Shown: positions 1 through 10,318 of the stretch, in pieces
How the letters are laid out: each line of letters opens with the position of its first letter
Numbering within the stretch: position 1 is the stretch's first letter
Assembly: GCA_965220415.1 (NCBI GenBank)
Contig: OZ244829.1
Location: forward strand, 984,717-1,048,716
Source of the DNA: Candidatus Poribacteria bacterium
Lineage (GTDB): Bacteria > Poribacteria > WGA-4E > JAJDTR01
Reading direction: 5' to 3'
Length of the DNA stretch: 64,000 bases
Program-made: the position numbers and the translations under genes
The notes under the pieces: generated by a model
What the model was told of the DNA's origin: nothing
What the model saw: the letters and a program-made list of their open reading frames with translations, nothing else
Database searches by the model: none

Positions 1-1321
1 TACGACGGGTATAGAACCCGATTTTGCGCTCGTGAAGTTCAAGAAACTCGCCGGTGGCGGATATTTCAAGATTGTCAATCAGGCTGTGCCGAATGCGTTG
101 GCGCAACTCGGTTATCCACGCAGCCAAATTGATGGAATCGTAACGCACATTGTAGGGAGTGGAACGCTTAAGGGCGTACCCTACATCAATGAGCGAACTC
201 TCAAGGACAAAGGTTTCACCGATGAAGATCTGGGCAAAGTAGAGCAAATGCTGCCAAGCGTTTTTAGTTTGGACCTCGCCTTTGCTCCCGGTATCCTCGG
301 CGACGACTGTTTGGAACGCTTGGGATTTGATAGCGCGAAAGCGCAGGAGCCGGGATTCAATATCTTGAGCGCCATTGGATTTCGTCAGGAAGAAATCGAT
401 GCTGCCGATGAAACCATCTGTGGATACGGGACAGTCGAAGGCGCTCCGTATCTCAGGGAAACGCACTATCCTATCTTCGATTGCGCGAACAAGTGCGGCC
501 GAACTGGAACTCGTTTCATCGAACCGATGGGACACGTCAGAATGATGGCGGCGGTTCAGCCATTCATCAGCGGCGCAATCAGTAAAACGGTCAATCTTCC
601 GAACGATGCTACCGTGGAAGACATCACACAAGTTTATGTTGAGGCGTGGAAACTCGGCGTCAAATGTTTGGCAGTCTACCGCGATGGCTCCAAGAGTAGC
701 CAGCCGTTGTCATCGGTAAATCAACAGGAGGAGAAAGAGAGTCAACCCGTACGCAAGCGTCTACCCGATGAACGTCCATCAATTACTCACAAATTCAGCA
801 TCTCGGGACACGAAGGTTATATCACCGTTGGCATGTATGAAGACGGGAGGCCCGGAGAGGTGTTTCTGAACATGTCGAAAGAGGGATCTGTCATCTCCGG
901 ACTAATGGACACCATTGCGCTGATGACTTCGGTCTCGTTACAACACGGCGTGTCGTTGGAATTCTTTGTGGACAAGTTCAGCCATATCCGATTTGAACCG
1001 TCGGGGTTCACGAACAACAAAGATATTCCAATCGCCAAGTCTATCATTGATTACGTGTTCCGCTGGCTTGGGCTAAAGTTCCTTCCCGACAGCCAAATTG
1101 CCGCCGGTGAAGTTGCAAGCCTTGAAGACGAACTGGCAAATCCACAGCAACTGCCGCCCTTATCATCCGGCCAAGAGATTGACAAAATCGAAGCGCGTGA
1201 AAAACAGGTGGCGGCTATGCAGTCCGACTCGCCTCCGTGCCACGCTTGCGGTACCATTATGACACGGAACGGAACGTGTTACCGGTGCGTCAATTGCGGC
1301 GCGACGAGCGGATGTTCGTAA
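1..1321 (+). CDS. nrdJ: Ribonucleotide reductase class II (adenosylcobalamin-dependent), C-terminal part; 5' end lies outside window
   Basis: Reading frame is open to window start (ORF track shows first Met at 32). Motifs TVNLPNDATVEDI and YVEAWKLGVKCLAVYRDGSK are typical of class II RNR. Cys-rich C-terminal tail CHACG...CVNCG. Confidence 0.75.
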   Translation, partial: TTGIEPDFALVKFKKLAGGGYFKIVNQAVPNALAQLGYPRSQIDGIVTHIVGSGTLKGVPYINERTLKDKGFTDEDLGKVEQMLPSVFSLDLAFAPGILGDDCLERLGFDSAKAQEPGFNILSAIGFRQEEIDAADETICGYGTVEGAPYLRETHYPIFDCANKCGRTGTRFIEPMGHVRMMAAVQPFISGAISKTVNLPNDATVEDITQVYVEAWKLGVKCLAVYRDGSKSSQPLSSVNQQEEKESQPVRKRLPDERPSITHKFSISGHEGYITVGMYEDGRPGEVFLNMSKEGSVISGLMDTIALMTSVSLQHGVSLEFFVDKFSHIRFEPSGFTNNKDIPIAKSIIDYVFRWLGLKFLPDSQIAAGEVASLEDELANPQQLPPLSSGQEIDKIEAREKQVAAMQSDSPPCHACGTIMTRNGTCYRCVNCGATSGCS

Positions 1322-1369
1322 GGAGCGGAGTAGCACACACGCCAAAATGCCGGGAACGAGGTTGCCAAA

Positions 1370-1675
1370 ATGAAAATTATTGCTGATCTGTGCGTGGTGC
1401 CGATAGGAGTCGGAGTATCTGTTTCAAAGCATGTGGCGGCGTGTGAGAAGGTACTCAAGGAGGCGGGGCTGAAAACGCAACTCCACGCCTACGGCACCAA
1501 TGTTGAGGGAGAGTGGGACGTAGTTTTTGCCGCCATCAAGCGCTGCCACGAAGTGGTGCACGACATGGGCGCGCCGCGCATCTCGACAACGTTGAAGTTT
1601 GGTACGCGCACCGACCGAACCCAGACTATGGATGACAAGGTCACCAGCGTCCAACAAAAATTGGGAGTGGAGTGA
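1370..1675 (+). CDS. MTH1187/YkoF-family (DUF77) small thiamine-binding-like protein
   Basis: 101 aa; MKIIADLCVVPIGVG...HAYGTNVEGEW matches the ferredoxin-like MTH1187/YkoF family pattern. Confidence 0.6.
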   Translation: MKIIADLCVVPIGVGVSVSKHVAACEKVLKEAGLKTQLHAYGTNVEGEWDVVFAAIKRCHEVVHDMGAPRISTTLKFGTRTDRTQTMDDKVTSVQQKLGVE

Positions 1676-1777
1676 TGGAAGAAGGGAATATTGGAAGGTA
1701 ATTTCTCATAATATGGATTCCATTTCTCGGTCTTGGTATTCTATTTCGCGCACGCTGAGAGCCGACTACGCGCTAAG

Positions 1778-2030
1778 AACCTGTTTGAATAATCGGTAGC
1801 AAAGCCATTTTTGGTTATTTGTAGGAAGGTTTTTCATGTTTTTATTGTCGTCTACTACCTACCTGTGGGATTTCTATCGCCTTCGCTATCCGCTAAGTTG
1901 ATCCCGCCCTGGGGTTCAGGTGCCTCAGGTGCACGGGGTTTGTGGCATTTCTACACACCTTCCGCCCCCTGGGGTTTTTAAAGGCTGGTGCGCAGTGCGC
2001 ACCCTACAACTGCACTTTTCAAACAGGTTC
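1778..2030. mobile_element. MITE-like element, copy 1, with 13-bp terminal inverted repeats GAACCTGTTTGAA / TTCAAACAGGTTC
   Basis: Near-identical ~230-250 bp copy at 22396-22622. TIRs are read directly from the sequence. Contains an internal GGGATTTCTATCGC unit. No ORF. Confidence 0.6.
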
Positions 2031-2048
2031 TAAGGCACCGACCGACTT

Positions 2049-2927
2049 TTAATTTACCGTAAAGTTTATGAAAATCTCCCCGGACTGCACCACCTGAGAC
2101 ACATTTTTGGGCAGGGCGCTGAATCGAATCTGTTCTACGTAGCGCCTCGCGCGCTCCTTCAACCTGACCTCGCCGATAGTCGTCCGCCCCGGCTTGATTT
2201 GCACGCTGAACACGCTTCCATCGGGCCGAACCTTGAAACTCAGATGCACGCCTCCGCCCTGTTTGCCTTTTGACTGAAGCGGCTTCTCCAAGCCGCTTAT
2301 CACGGCTCGACCACTGACCTCACCGCTGATTTCGTAGGGCACGCCTTCAGTAATCAGATTGGTCTTGACACCCGACAATCTGCCCGGCGCGAACCTACCC
2401 GCGAGTGCCTTTCCGCTCTCACCTGTAATGGAACGGCGCGCATCCCGCTCCGGCAATCCCCTATGGCTATCGCGCCCGTGATGCCCCGTCTCAATGTCAA
2501 TCGGTTTGCTACGAACCAATGCGTTGGGTTCATCCAAAAAATCACCTTTACTGCGTCCTTTCGACGGCGGCGCGCCGAGTGACAAGCGATCGGGATTCTC
2601 ACTGGACGCCTGTGTCCTCCGAAGCTTCGGTAATCCGCCTTTCGTTTGGGTCGCCGTAAGATATTCACTTAGATTCGTCGTGGGTTGGATTTGGGGTAGC
2701 GTCTCGGAGGGTTGATTCTGGCGGACATTGGGGATTGCGACGGGAATCTCCGTTTTGATCTTCTTTCGCGGCGATTCTGTTTTAACGAATTCAACGTTAA
2801 TGGCAGACTCCTTGGGTCGCGGCGGTGACTTGGGAGCAATCGCCAGAGCCATCAAAAGGGCAAACACGATATGCTCAATGACCACGATCCCTATGAAGAA
2901 GCGACCTCCGCGTTTTTTCCCCTCCAT
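2049..2927 (-). CDS. tonB: TonB-family energy transducer
   Basis: N-terminal TM helix, Pro-rich spacer (PKSPPRPKES...), C-terminal TonB-like domain (VPYEISGEVSGRAVISG...VHLSFKVRPDGSV). Start overlaps the ExbB stop (TGATG). Confidence 0.65.
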   Translation of the reverse strand: MEGKKRGGRFFIGIVVIEHIVFALLMALAIAPKSPPRPKESAINVEFVKTESPRKKIKTEIPVAIPNVRQNQPSETLPQIQPTTNLSEYLTATQTKGGLPKLRRTQASSENPDRLSLGAPPSKGRSKGDFLDEPNALVRSKPIDIETGHHGRDSHRGLPERDARRSITGESGKALAGRFAPGRLSGVKTNLITEGVPYEISGEVSGRAVISGLEKPLQSKGKQGGGVHLSFKVRPDGSVFSVQIKPGRTTIGEVRLKERARRYVEQIRFSALPKNVSQVVQSGEIFINFTVN

Positions 2928-3622
2928 CAGTCTTCAACCCTTTTCAACTCCCGAATGTCCCCATATTCCTCTTGAAAGAGTTTGTACTCCCCGGTGGCGA
3001 GAAAGCGAACGAGCGACATCCCGTGCCTTTCCAAATCCGCGAGAAACCGATCCGCCTTATTCCTGAAGTAATCGTAAGCGACATAACTAGGCAGCGCGAC
3101 AATTAATCCGGCGGCGGTGGTGAGCAACGCTTCGGAAATACCGTCCGCGATGGTGGGCAACTGTTTGGTTTGCACGTCTATCAATGCACCAAACGATCCT
3201 CTCATGCCAAGCACCGTGCCGAGCAAACCGGTGAACATTGCGACGGGCGCAAGCATTGCCAACGTGCTGAGTCCCTCATTCAGAACCGGTTTTTCAGCAC
3301 GAATCGCCTGACGAATAACGCGCTTGAGAGTCTCCTCGTCGGCATTGCGATGCCGGATTCCGGTTCGAAGGACATTACTCAATGGTCCGGGGCTCTTTTC
3401 GCACATCTTGATGGCAATGTCCGGATTGCCCCGCACAAGTTCATGATAGATACTTTGTGTCACAAAACGCGAAGGGATGACTCGCGGACGGTGCAGGTGG
3501 TACGCCCGTTCAAGAATAATCTTATGCGACCAGAGCGAGAAAAAGATTATCGGGATTAATATAGGTCCCCCACTCGTCAACCGGTCTATGCCCGAGACGA
3601 TTAGGTTTAGGAGGTATTCCAT
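2927..3622 (-). CDS. exbB: MotA/TolQ/ExbB proton-channel family protein
   Basis: Three TM helices. Motif LPTIADGISEALLTTAAGLIVALP is typical of ExbB/TolQ. Translationally coupled to the downstream tonB. Confidence 0.7.
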   Translation of the reverse strand: MEYLLNLIVSGIDRLTSGGPILIPIIFFSLWSHKIILERAYHLHRPRVIPSRFVTQSIYHELVRGNPDIAIKMCEKSPGPLSNVLRTGIRHRNADEETLKRVIRQAIRAEKPVLNEGLSTLAMLAPVAMFTGLLGTVLGMRGSFGALIDVQTKQLPTIADGISEALLTTAAGLIVALPSYVAYDYFRNKADRFLADLERHGMSLVRFLATGEYKLFQEEYGDIRELKRVED

Positions 3623-3661
3623 AAGCTATGCTGCCAATCAAGAATATGAAAAAGACCGTGA

Positions 3662-5500
3662 TTAAAATTTCAACTCGAGTCCGAAATCAAGATAATCTTG
3701 TGCAAGCTCGTACTCATCCAAGAGCATGTATGTACCGATAGCAAAATTCCCGCCAACAAACAAGCCCACACGGTTTTCGATGAACTTGCTTATCTTCGGT
3801 TTCAGCAGAAGGTAACGCTCCAACCTTTTATCGGGCGTCTCATCCGGATAGCGTGCGCCTCGAAACTCCCCGCCTAGCTCAATGTGGAAATCAGCCGGCA
3901 AATGAAAGTTAAGGTTCAAGTCAATGAAGTCATTTGGTCGATATGCAATCCATTCGCCATCCTCCGGCTTATGAACTTCATGTGTGTACTGAACCTGCGC
4001 TTCCAAGCGATTCGCTATGAAGGCAGTCATACCGAGGCTCCCGCCGAAGATTCGGACGGACGTATCGCGATTCTGCGGCGCCCATGTAAGCTCTTTCGCA
4101 GCGCTGGCGGAATTTGTCGATAGATTTTCTAGGACAACAAGGTCCTCAATCTGCTTGGCAAACCCGGATAAATTGGCTTCAAACCTCCTCCCTTGGTGGC
4201 GGGTAAGGGTCACCTTTCCGTCCCACGTCTTTTCGGGGCGTAAGAGCGGATTCAGGTTGAGGTAATCAGCGTCGAAGTAAAGGTCCGACAGCTTGGCGCG
4301 CTGGATATTCCGTCTCCCCTTCAATTGAAACGCCCAGCGGTCGCCTAGGTGTGTTGTAATCGCCACATGTGGATTAACCTTTATGTGTGTAACGTCGTCT
4401 CCAAGGCTGTCGCGTTCACGGTAGCCAACCCCTTCCACTCCCATCCCCAAAACAAACCATTTGGCGGAAGTAAACTCATCACGAAGATACAAGCGGAAGA
4501 TTGTTGACCAATTGTCTCGACTGAGCAACCCATCTGCATCGGGGTCATTCGCTGCGGTGAAGTATTCCGCAACCGCGCCGAGATGGATTGGGTTTATGTC
4601 AACTCCTCTACCGAGGTGAAATGGATTTTGTATGCCGACGGGGATTTCCAGATCGAGTTTAAATCGCAGGTCCGTCGCCCGATTTTCGGCTTGCGTTTCC
4701 CCATCCTCGGGAAGAAGGCGAAACTCCTCAAGATCGACGGATATCGCGGTGCGTCCCCTTGGTGAAATCCCGTGCTCCCAACGGGCATTGGAACGGAGAT
4801 GTTGTACCTCTTTGCCAATAGGGTTATTCCCCGGTTCAGTCGCTAACCAGTTAAGATTCTTGAGGTCAAGCGCGGCATCCACCGCGAGTTCGCTCCGCTC
4901 GCCGTACTGATAAGTTAACCCGCCCCGAATCCCGTCAGCGCTATAGTCTCCCCGTCCTTTTGTGCGCTCGTTGCCTAACTGCTTACGGTTCAGATAAAGA
5001 AACGCACGCGTGTCCTCAAGGTTTCCCCCGAATACCGCCTGATAGAAGAGGGCGTCGGGCAGACTTGGGTAGGCGGTAAGTCTCAGCAAGTAGTTTTCGC
5101 GCGGTAACGGTTGCGTTCTGCTGACTTTGGTCGGCGTTAGGATAGGCGGCAGGTTCCATCGGCGTTCTTTGGCATATAACGCCAATGCGGGTATGAGTTG
5201 GGGCTTGGCTGAATCCTTGAATCGTGCGCGGGGCAGCAACCATATCTGCGTCGTATCAATAATTCGCGCCCGAATGACTTCTGGCAAATCTTCGGCTTGC
5301 AACTCTTCTTCGGATACCGGCGGTTGGGCATACAGATTGAAACCGCTCAGCCCACAGAAAATGACGAGAAGATTGATTGCCAATAGATGTTTTGCCAATG
5401 GACATTGCCTGTTGGAAAACGGTTGCTGGAAGACGACCCTGCGGAGTCGTACTTTGAAAGGTGATGCATGAATCAGCGACAAGGCTGAGACGTGGTGCAA
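3662..5500 (-). CDS. Putative outer-membrane β-barrel protein (signal peptide, C-terminal Phe)
   Basis: 612 aa. N-terminal hydrophobic leader ...LLVIFCGLSGFNLYAQ. Alternating amphipathic pattern. Ends ...GLELKF, the OMP β-signal with terminal aromatic. Sits upstream of exbB-tonB. Confidence 0.45.
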   Translation of the reverse strand: MHHVSALSLIHASPFKVRLRRVVFQQPFSNRQCPLAKHLLAINLLVIFCGLSGFNLYAQPPVSEEELQAEDLPEVIRARIIDTTQIWLLPRARFKDSAKPQLIPALALYAKERRWNLPPILTPTKVSRTQPLPRENYLLRLTAYPSLPDALFYQAVFGGNLEDTRAFLYLNRKQLGNERTKGRGDYSADGIRGGLTYQYGERSELAVDAALDLKNLNWLATEPGNNPIGKEVQHLRSNARWEHGISPRGRTAISVDLEEFRLLPEDGETQAENRATDLRFKLDLEIPVGIQNPFHLGRGVDINPIHLGAVAEYFTAANDPDADGLLSRDNWSTIFRLYLRDEFTSAKWFVLGMGVEGVGYRERDSLGDDVTHIKVNPHVAITTHLGDRWAFQLKGRRNIQRAKLSDLYFDADYLNLNPLLRPEKTWDGKVTLTRHQGRRFEANLSGFAKQIEDLVVLENLSTNSASAAKELTWAPQNRDTSVRIFGGSLGMTAFIANRLEAQVQYTHEVHKPEDGEWIAYRPNDFIDLNLNFHLPADFHIELGGEFRGARYPDETPDKRLERYLLLKPKISKFIENRVGLFVGGNFAIGTYMLLDEYELAQDYLDFGLELKF

Positions 5501-5616
5501 CTCCCCCGAATCAACTCACCTTGAAAATCTGCGAGTGGCCAAACCTGCCCGGTCATGTCAGTTTTTTTCGGGCAAATTCAATGTATAGGCGCCGCTTGGA
5601 CGCGTCGCACATGGGA

Positions 5617-8600
5617 TTAATTCTGGCTAATCTTACTTGTGACCTGATCGAGTTTTTCCTTGGCGTAGTTGTACAACTTGTCCCATGATTTTTTATCCGG
5701 GGAATCTTGGATTATCGGACTCTGCGATTCATAAAATTTTACAGCTCTCTGATATTCGTCACGTGCGTTTCTCAACTCGGTTGCGTCGGCGAAAGCATCG
5801 CCCGCTCGAACCGCCGCGGTTAAAGCACTCAGCGGATCGTGTTCCTTATACAGGTAAAATACTCGGAGGTAGGAGGTCGCGGCATCAAGGTGCTTGCTCA
5901 TGAGTGATTGCGCTTCCGCCATATGCAGGATTGCCTCAATGACAACGTCGGGAGGATACCTGCCAACACCGCCTTCACGAATAACATCGTACGTCTCTAT
6001 AGCTTGCGGGTAGTTGCCCGCGGAACGATAAGCGTGCCCCATAACGAGTTGTGCAACTTCAGCCTGCTTGGAGTTCGGATACTCGGCGATAATATACTGA
6101 TACATTTCAATCGCCTCATCCCACTGTACCAGCTCTTCGTAACACTGTCCCGCAAGCAGCAGGGCACGGGGAGCATCAGGGCTATTCGGGAATTTTATCG
6201 ATACATTTCGAAGCGCTTCCACGGCGCTACCCAGATTCCGACCCTGATTATTCGGATTGTACCAAGCATTTCCAATCTCAAAAGCGGCGGTCGACGCGTA
6301 CTCGCTTTGCGGATCAACCTGCTCAAAAGCTTGAATCGCTTGTCGATAGGAATCCAAAGAAAGGTAACATTTCCCGATGTTGTACTGTGCGAGCCATGCC
6401 GATGCGGTTTTGGGATACTGGGTAATGACCTTCTGGAATTCCGCGATGGCGCGTTTGTAGTCCTTATCCTGATAGTAAAAACGTGCAATCTGCAACTGTA
6501 CAGCGTGAGCCAGTTCTCCATCGGAATACCTGACCATTAAGGTCTGATACGCCTGAATTGCCTTCTCCTTCTGTCCCAGATTTTCGTATGCGACGGCAAT
6601 ACCGTATTGTGCGTCGTCTGCCCAATCGCTCTTTGGGTAATGTTGGATGACCTGTTCATAAGCGCGGATGGCTTGTAAATAATCTGCGAGGTTGAGGTAG
6701 CTTTCGGCGCTATAGTATTGGGCTTCCGGTCGCAGGTCTTCGATTGGTTCTGCGCCCGCTTCGTGTACCGGCACCCGTTGATTGGGAAACTTTTCAACAA
6801 CCTGCTGGTAATATCTGATGGCGTCGTTAAACTTGCTCTGCTTGAAATAGGCGTTGCCAGTGCCGAAGATTGCTTTGGGAACAAGAGGCGATCCGGAATG
6901 CTCACGCAACATATCGTTGAAGGCAATGATTGCTTCCGGATATCTCTCCTGTTTGTAGTAGGCGCGTCCAATTTGGTAGCGTGCGTTGTCGTGCCAATCG
7001 CTTCCCGGATAACCCGAAAGGACTTGATTAAACGCTTCTATCCCCTCGTTGTACTGTTTGAGGTTAATATAGACAACTCCGCTCTGGTAAAGCGCCGCGT
7101 CCGCAAACTCGCCGCGAGGATGATGCTTGACAACTTCCGCCCATGCGTTAATCGCCTCTAGATATTGTGTGGTCTGGTTCTGACCGCTTGACGCGGCCGC
7201 CTCGGAAAGATGAGTCCAACCGATTCCGTAACGACACTTCTCCGCCCATTCGGCGGCAGGCTGTTTACTCAACAAGGATTTGTATTGGGATCGGGCAGAG
7301 CGATAGGCTTCAACCTTTTGATCGCTCCAATAAGTGCTTTCAGCGATAAAGAATTCGGCTCGGAATCGAAGCGAACTATTTGGATGTTCCCGAATTAATC
7401 GTTCACAAGTCAGAATCGTGGATTGATAATCCTCAAGTTCATAGAGTGCGCGCGCTTTCCAAATCAGGACTTCATCTGCCGGTGCCGTTTCCAATGTCGC
7501 ATCACCACGCACCTCTTCATGTCGATTCAACGATTCGACGCATTTTTCGTATTCCGTTTGATGAAAATAGGCAAGGGCAAGTTGATAAAGAGCGTAGGCT
7601 TTAAGCGGACTGGAGGGATAGGATTGAAGTAAGGCATTTAGCGTGCGAACTGTCTCGGCGTAATCCCGCAACTGAAAGGCACTTGTCGCGAAACCGTAGA
7701 GCGCGTCGTCGGCGTACGTTGATTTCGGGCTAACCTTCTTGTAGTTTAAGATGGCAGAATTAAACTCACGTTGCAATCGAAAACATTCGCCAATGCGGAA
7801 ACGCGCGGGATCCACAAGATCGGAACGCGGATTGTCGGCAACAACTTTGAATTGACTGCGCGCTAGCGGGTAGTCCCCCTGAAGAAAATGAACGGTTGCA
7901 ATTCCGAATTGCGCATCATCCACAACATCACTTCGCGGATATAGCTCCTTCACCTTTTGATACTCGTGGATTGCCTCCAGGTACTTCTCCTGTTCCAAGA
8001 GAATCTCGGCGATCCAGTATTGTGCATCCGGCGCCACGGACGATGCACCGCTTTCATGAAGCAGCAAGTTGAATGTGTTCTTTGCTTTCTCCATCATCCG
8101 CTGCTGAAAGTAGCATTCGCCAAGACGGTATCGCGCGTTTATAACAAATTCGCGATGTTCTTCATCATCTTGATTGCTGTCAATCACGTTTTGGTAGGCA
8201 ACCTGCGCATTCGCCCAATCGCCAAACTTGAAGAGCGATTCCGCTGCACGATACGAAGCCTCTACAATCGCGGGATGATTCGGTGAAGTTTTGACGAATT
8301 CGGCAAAAGCCTTGTATGCCGCTTCGTAGTCTTCGATCCGAAAAAGCCCCCACGCCTTGCCGTACAACGCGTCTTTGGCTTCGGCTGATTTCGGAAATTG
8401 CTTCAGAACTCGATTGTAGTATTCCACGGCTTTTTGATATAGCCCCAGATTGTCGTACGCCTCCCCAACGAGATAAAGACTCCGCGAGAGCGCATTAACA
8501 TCGCGCGACCCTTTTATAACCTCCTCATACGCCTTGATAGCTTCCTCATACCTGCCTTGATGAAACCAAGCAGTTGCAACACCACGCACCGCATCCAAGC

Positions 8601-8922
8601 GTAAGGGGCTTGCCGGATCCGCCGTCAGCTTCTTATAGTGCAGGATGGCATCGTCATAGTCCTCAAGACGCAACGCACACTCGCCCAATAGGAAGCGTGC
8701 ATCGTCGGCACTTTCACCATCCGGATAGTTCTCAAGATAGGCTTTGAACTGGTCTTTCGCGAAGATATACTTCCCATCTTGGAATAACTTATACGCAAAG
8801 GTGTATTCTTCGCGCTCCCCCGCGATCACGGGAAAACACAGCAAAACAGCAATAAAGATGATTACGATTATCCGGAGGCAGTGCGCACCCTGATATGCCA
8901 TTACCTTACTCCCAAAGACCAT
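5617..8922 (-). CDS. Large tetratricopeptide-repeat (TPR) protein with N-terminal signal/anchor
   Basis: 1101 aa. More than 20 recurring ~34-aa units with the W-LG-Y / A-F-P TPR signature (e.g. AIKAYEEVIK, AIEMYQYIIAEYPNS). N-terminal hydrophobic segment. Confidence 0.8.
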   Translation of the reverse strand: MVFGSKVMAYQGAHCLRIIVIIFIAVLLCFPVIAGEREEYTFAYKLFQDGKYIFAKDQFKAYLENYPDGESADDARFLLGECALRLEDYDDAILHYKKLTADPASPLRLDAVRGVATAWFHQGRYEEAIKAYEEVIKGSRDVNALSRSLYLVGEAYDNLGLYQKAVEYYNRVLKQFPKSAEAKDALYGKAWGLFRIEDYEAAYKAFAEFVKTSPNHPAIVEASYRAAESLFKFGDWANAQVAYQNVIDSNQDDEEHREFVINARYRLGECYFQQRMMEKAKNTFNLLLHESGASSVAPDAQYWIAEILLEQEKYLEAIHEYQKVKELYPRSDVVDDAQFGIATVHFLQGDYPLARSQFKVVADNPRSDLVDPARFRIGECFRLQREFNSAILNYKKVSPKSTYADDALYGFATSAFQLRDYAETVRTLNALLQSYPSSPLKAYALYQLALAYFHQTEYEKCVESLNRHEEVRGDATLETAPADEVLIWKARALYELEDYQSTILTCERLIREHPNSSLRFRAEFFIAESTYWSDQKVEAYRSARSQYKSLLSKQPAAEWAEKCRYGIGWTHLSEAAASSGQNQTTQYLEAINAWAEVVKHHPRGEFADAALYQSGVVYINLKQYNEGIEAFNQVLSGYPGSDWHDNARYQIGRAYYKQERYPEAIIAFNDMLREHSGSPLVPKAIFGTGNAYFKQSKFNDAIRYYQQVVEKFPNQRVPVHEAGAEPIEDLRPEAQYYSAESYLNLADYLQAIRAYEQVIQHYPKSDWADDAQYGIAVAYENLGQKEKAIQAYQTLMVRYSDGELAHAVQLQIARFYYQDKDYKRAIAEFQKVITQYPKTASAWLAQYNIGKCYLSLDSYRQAIQAFEQVDPQSEYASTAAFEIGNAWYNPNNQGRNLGSAVEALRNVSIKFPNSPDAPRALLLAGQCYEELVQWDEAIEMYQYIIAEYPNSKQAEVAQLVMGHAYRSAGNYPQAIETYDVIREGGVGRYPPDVVIEAILHMAEAQSLMSKHLDAATSYLRVFYLYKEHDPLSALTAAVRAGDAFADATELRNARDEYQRAVKFYESQSPIIQDSPDKKSWDKLYNYAKEKLDQVTSKISQN

Positions 8923-9424
8923 GCGATTTTGAGGCTATTATATCATTGCCTACAGGGGTTTTCAAGGCATTTTGGGAAGATGAAATTGCGGTCGGCGACC
9001 ACAAAACATTGGTGAAATGCACACAATGGAACATCAAATAGTCACGTCGATATATGGGTGTGTGCGTCATACGGCGAGCATCTTTTCACTGTACTTTATA
9101 TTGGAATTATGATAAACTTCCTGCGAATTCGGCTAGATGCAACCGACTAAGAACTGTCTATGAATTCTCGGTTGTTTATACCATTTCTCTAAAATGATTG
9201 TGCATTGACCGCGTAAATCAGGTAAAGAAAATTGCACGAACCGGAACAAGATGTCTTGCCTCCGCACAAAGCCGGCGGGGCAAGATGCCCCGCCTACGGT
9301 ATATGTGAATGCTATAGTTAAGACATTTTATGCACTATAATTCAAGCGAAATGGTATTACCAGCCAACCACACAGCTTCGACACAACAAATCTTATCCAC
9401 AAAGTAAGGTTTAAGGAGACAAAT

Positions 9425-10318
9425 ATGGCAAACTCAGACCACAAAATAGGGGTCGTCGGTGTCGGCAGAATGGGCAGCAATATTGCGCGTCATTTGAACG
9501 ATGAAGGATTTCAGGTCGTTGCCGTATATGACACCGTTTCAGACCAAGCGCAAGCACTTGCCGACGAACTCGGCGTGCGAGCCGCAAACACGCTCGCAGG
9601 AGTAACCGAGCTCGCCGATTACATTATCACGGTAGTAACCGACGACGCGTCGATGCGGCAAATCTTCTCGGATAGCGCTGGAGACAGCCTTCTCAATGGA
9701 GCCGAAGGAAAACTGTTTATCAATTGCGCTACAATTTCGCCGCAAGTTCATGTCGACGTGGAAAAGCTCGCGGAAAAACACGGCGCTCAGAGTCTTGAAG
9801 GATGCATGGCATCAAGCATTACGCAAGCACGCGAGGGCACCCTATATCTCATGTGCGGTGGTAATGAGGCTGCTTTTAACCAAGCGAAACCCATCTTGGA
9901 TTCAATGAGTATCTCGCTCCGTTACATAGGAGATGCCGGGCAAGCCGCACAAGTCAAGGCGTTAGTGAATATGGTCATGAACATCAATACGGCGGGGCTT
10001 GCAGAGGGATTGGGACTCGGTGCCGCACTCGGACTTGATCTCGCGATGTTACAAGAGGTGTTTGCCCAAACCGGAGCGAACTCCAGAGTGCTGGAAACGG
10101 ATGGCGAGGACATGGAGAATCGGGACCATGAGTGCTACTTTTCCTCCGCGCACGCGTCAAAGGATTCGGGGATTGCGCTCGATCTAGCTGAATCTGCGGG
10201 ATTGAACCTTCCGCTCGCCGAGGCGACAAAGGCGCAGTATGACCGTATGATTGACCTTGGCAAGGGAGAGCTGGACAAATCCGGAGTAGCTGAACTTACG
10301 TTTCCCGGACGGTCTTGA
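9425..10318 (+). CDS. NAD(P)-dependent β-hydroxyacid dehydrogenase (3-hydroxyisobutyrate/6-phosphogluconate dehydrogenase-like)
   Basis: N-terminal Rossmann motif IGVVGVGRMGSNIARHL. Overall 297-aa HIBADH-like architecture. Good RBS AAGGAGA upstream. Confidence 0.7.
   Translation: MANSDHKIGVVGVGRMGSNIARHLNDEGFQVVAVYDTVSDQAQALADELGVRAANTLAGVTELADYIITVVTDDASMRQIFSDSAGDSLLNGAEGKLFINCATISPQVHVDVEKLAEKHGAQSLEGCMASSITQAREGTLYLMCGGNEAAFNQAKPILDSMSISLRYIGDAGQAAQVKALVNMVMNINTAGLAEGLGLGAALGLDLAMLQEVFAQTGANSRVLETDGEDMENRDHECYFSSAHASKDSGIALDLAESAGLNLPLAEATKAQYDRMIDLGKGELDKSGVAELTFPGRS

Noticed and set aside
5908-7161. Plus-strand ORFs 5908-6540 and 6718-7161 and minus-strand ORF 6537-6971, all inside the TPR gene
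   Set aside because: They lie inside a long, clearly periodic TPR coding region on the other strand or in another frame. Low-complexity translations with no RBS; shadow ORFs.
8923-9424. 500-bp divergent intergenic region with hairpin TCTTGCC...GGCAAGA / CCGGCGGGG...CCCCGCC, considered as riboswitch or sRNA
   Set aside because: No match to a riboswitch consensus I know; plausibly just divergent promoters. Left unannotated.
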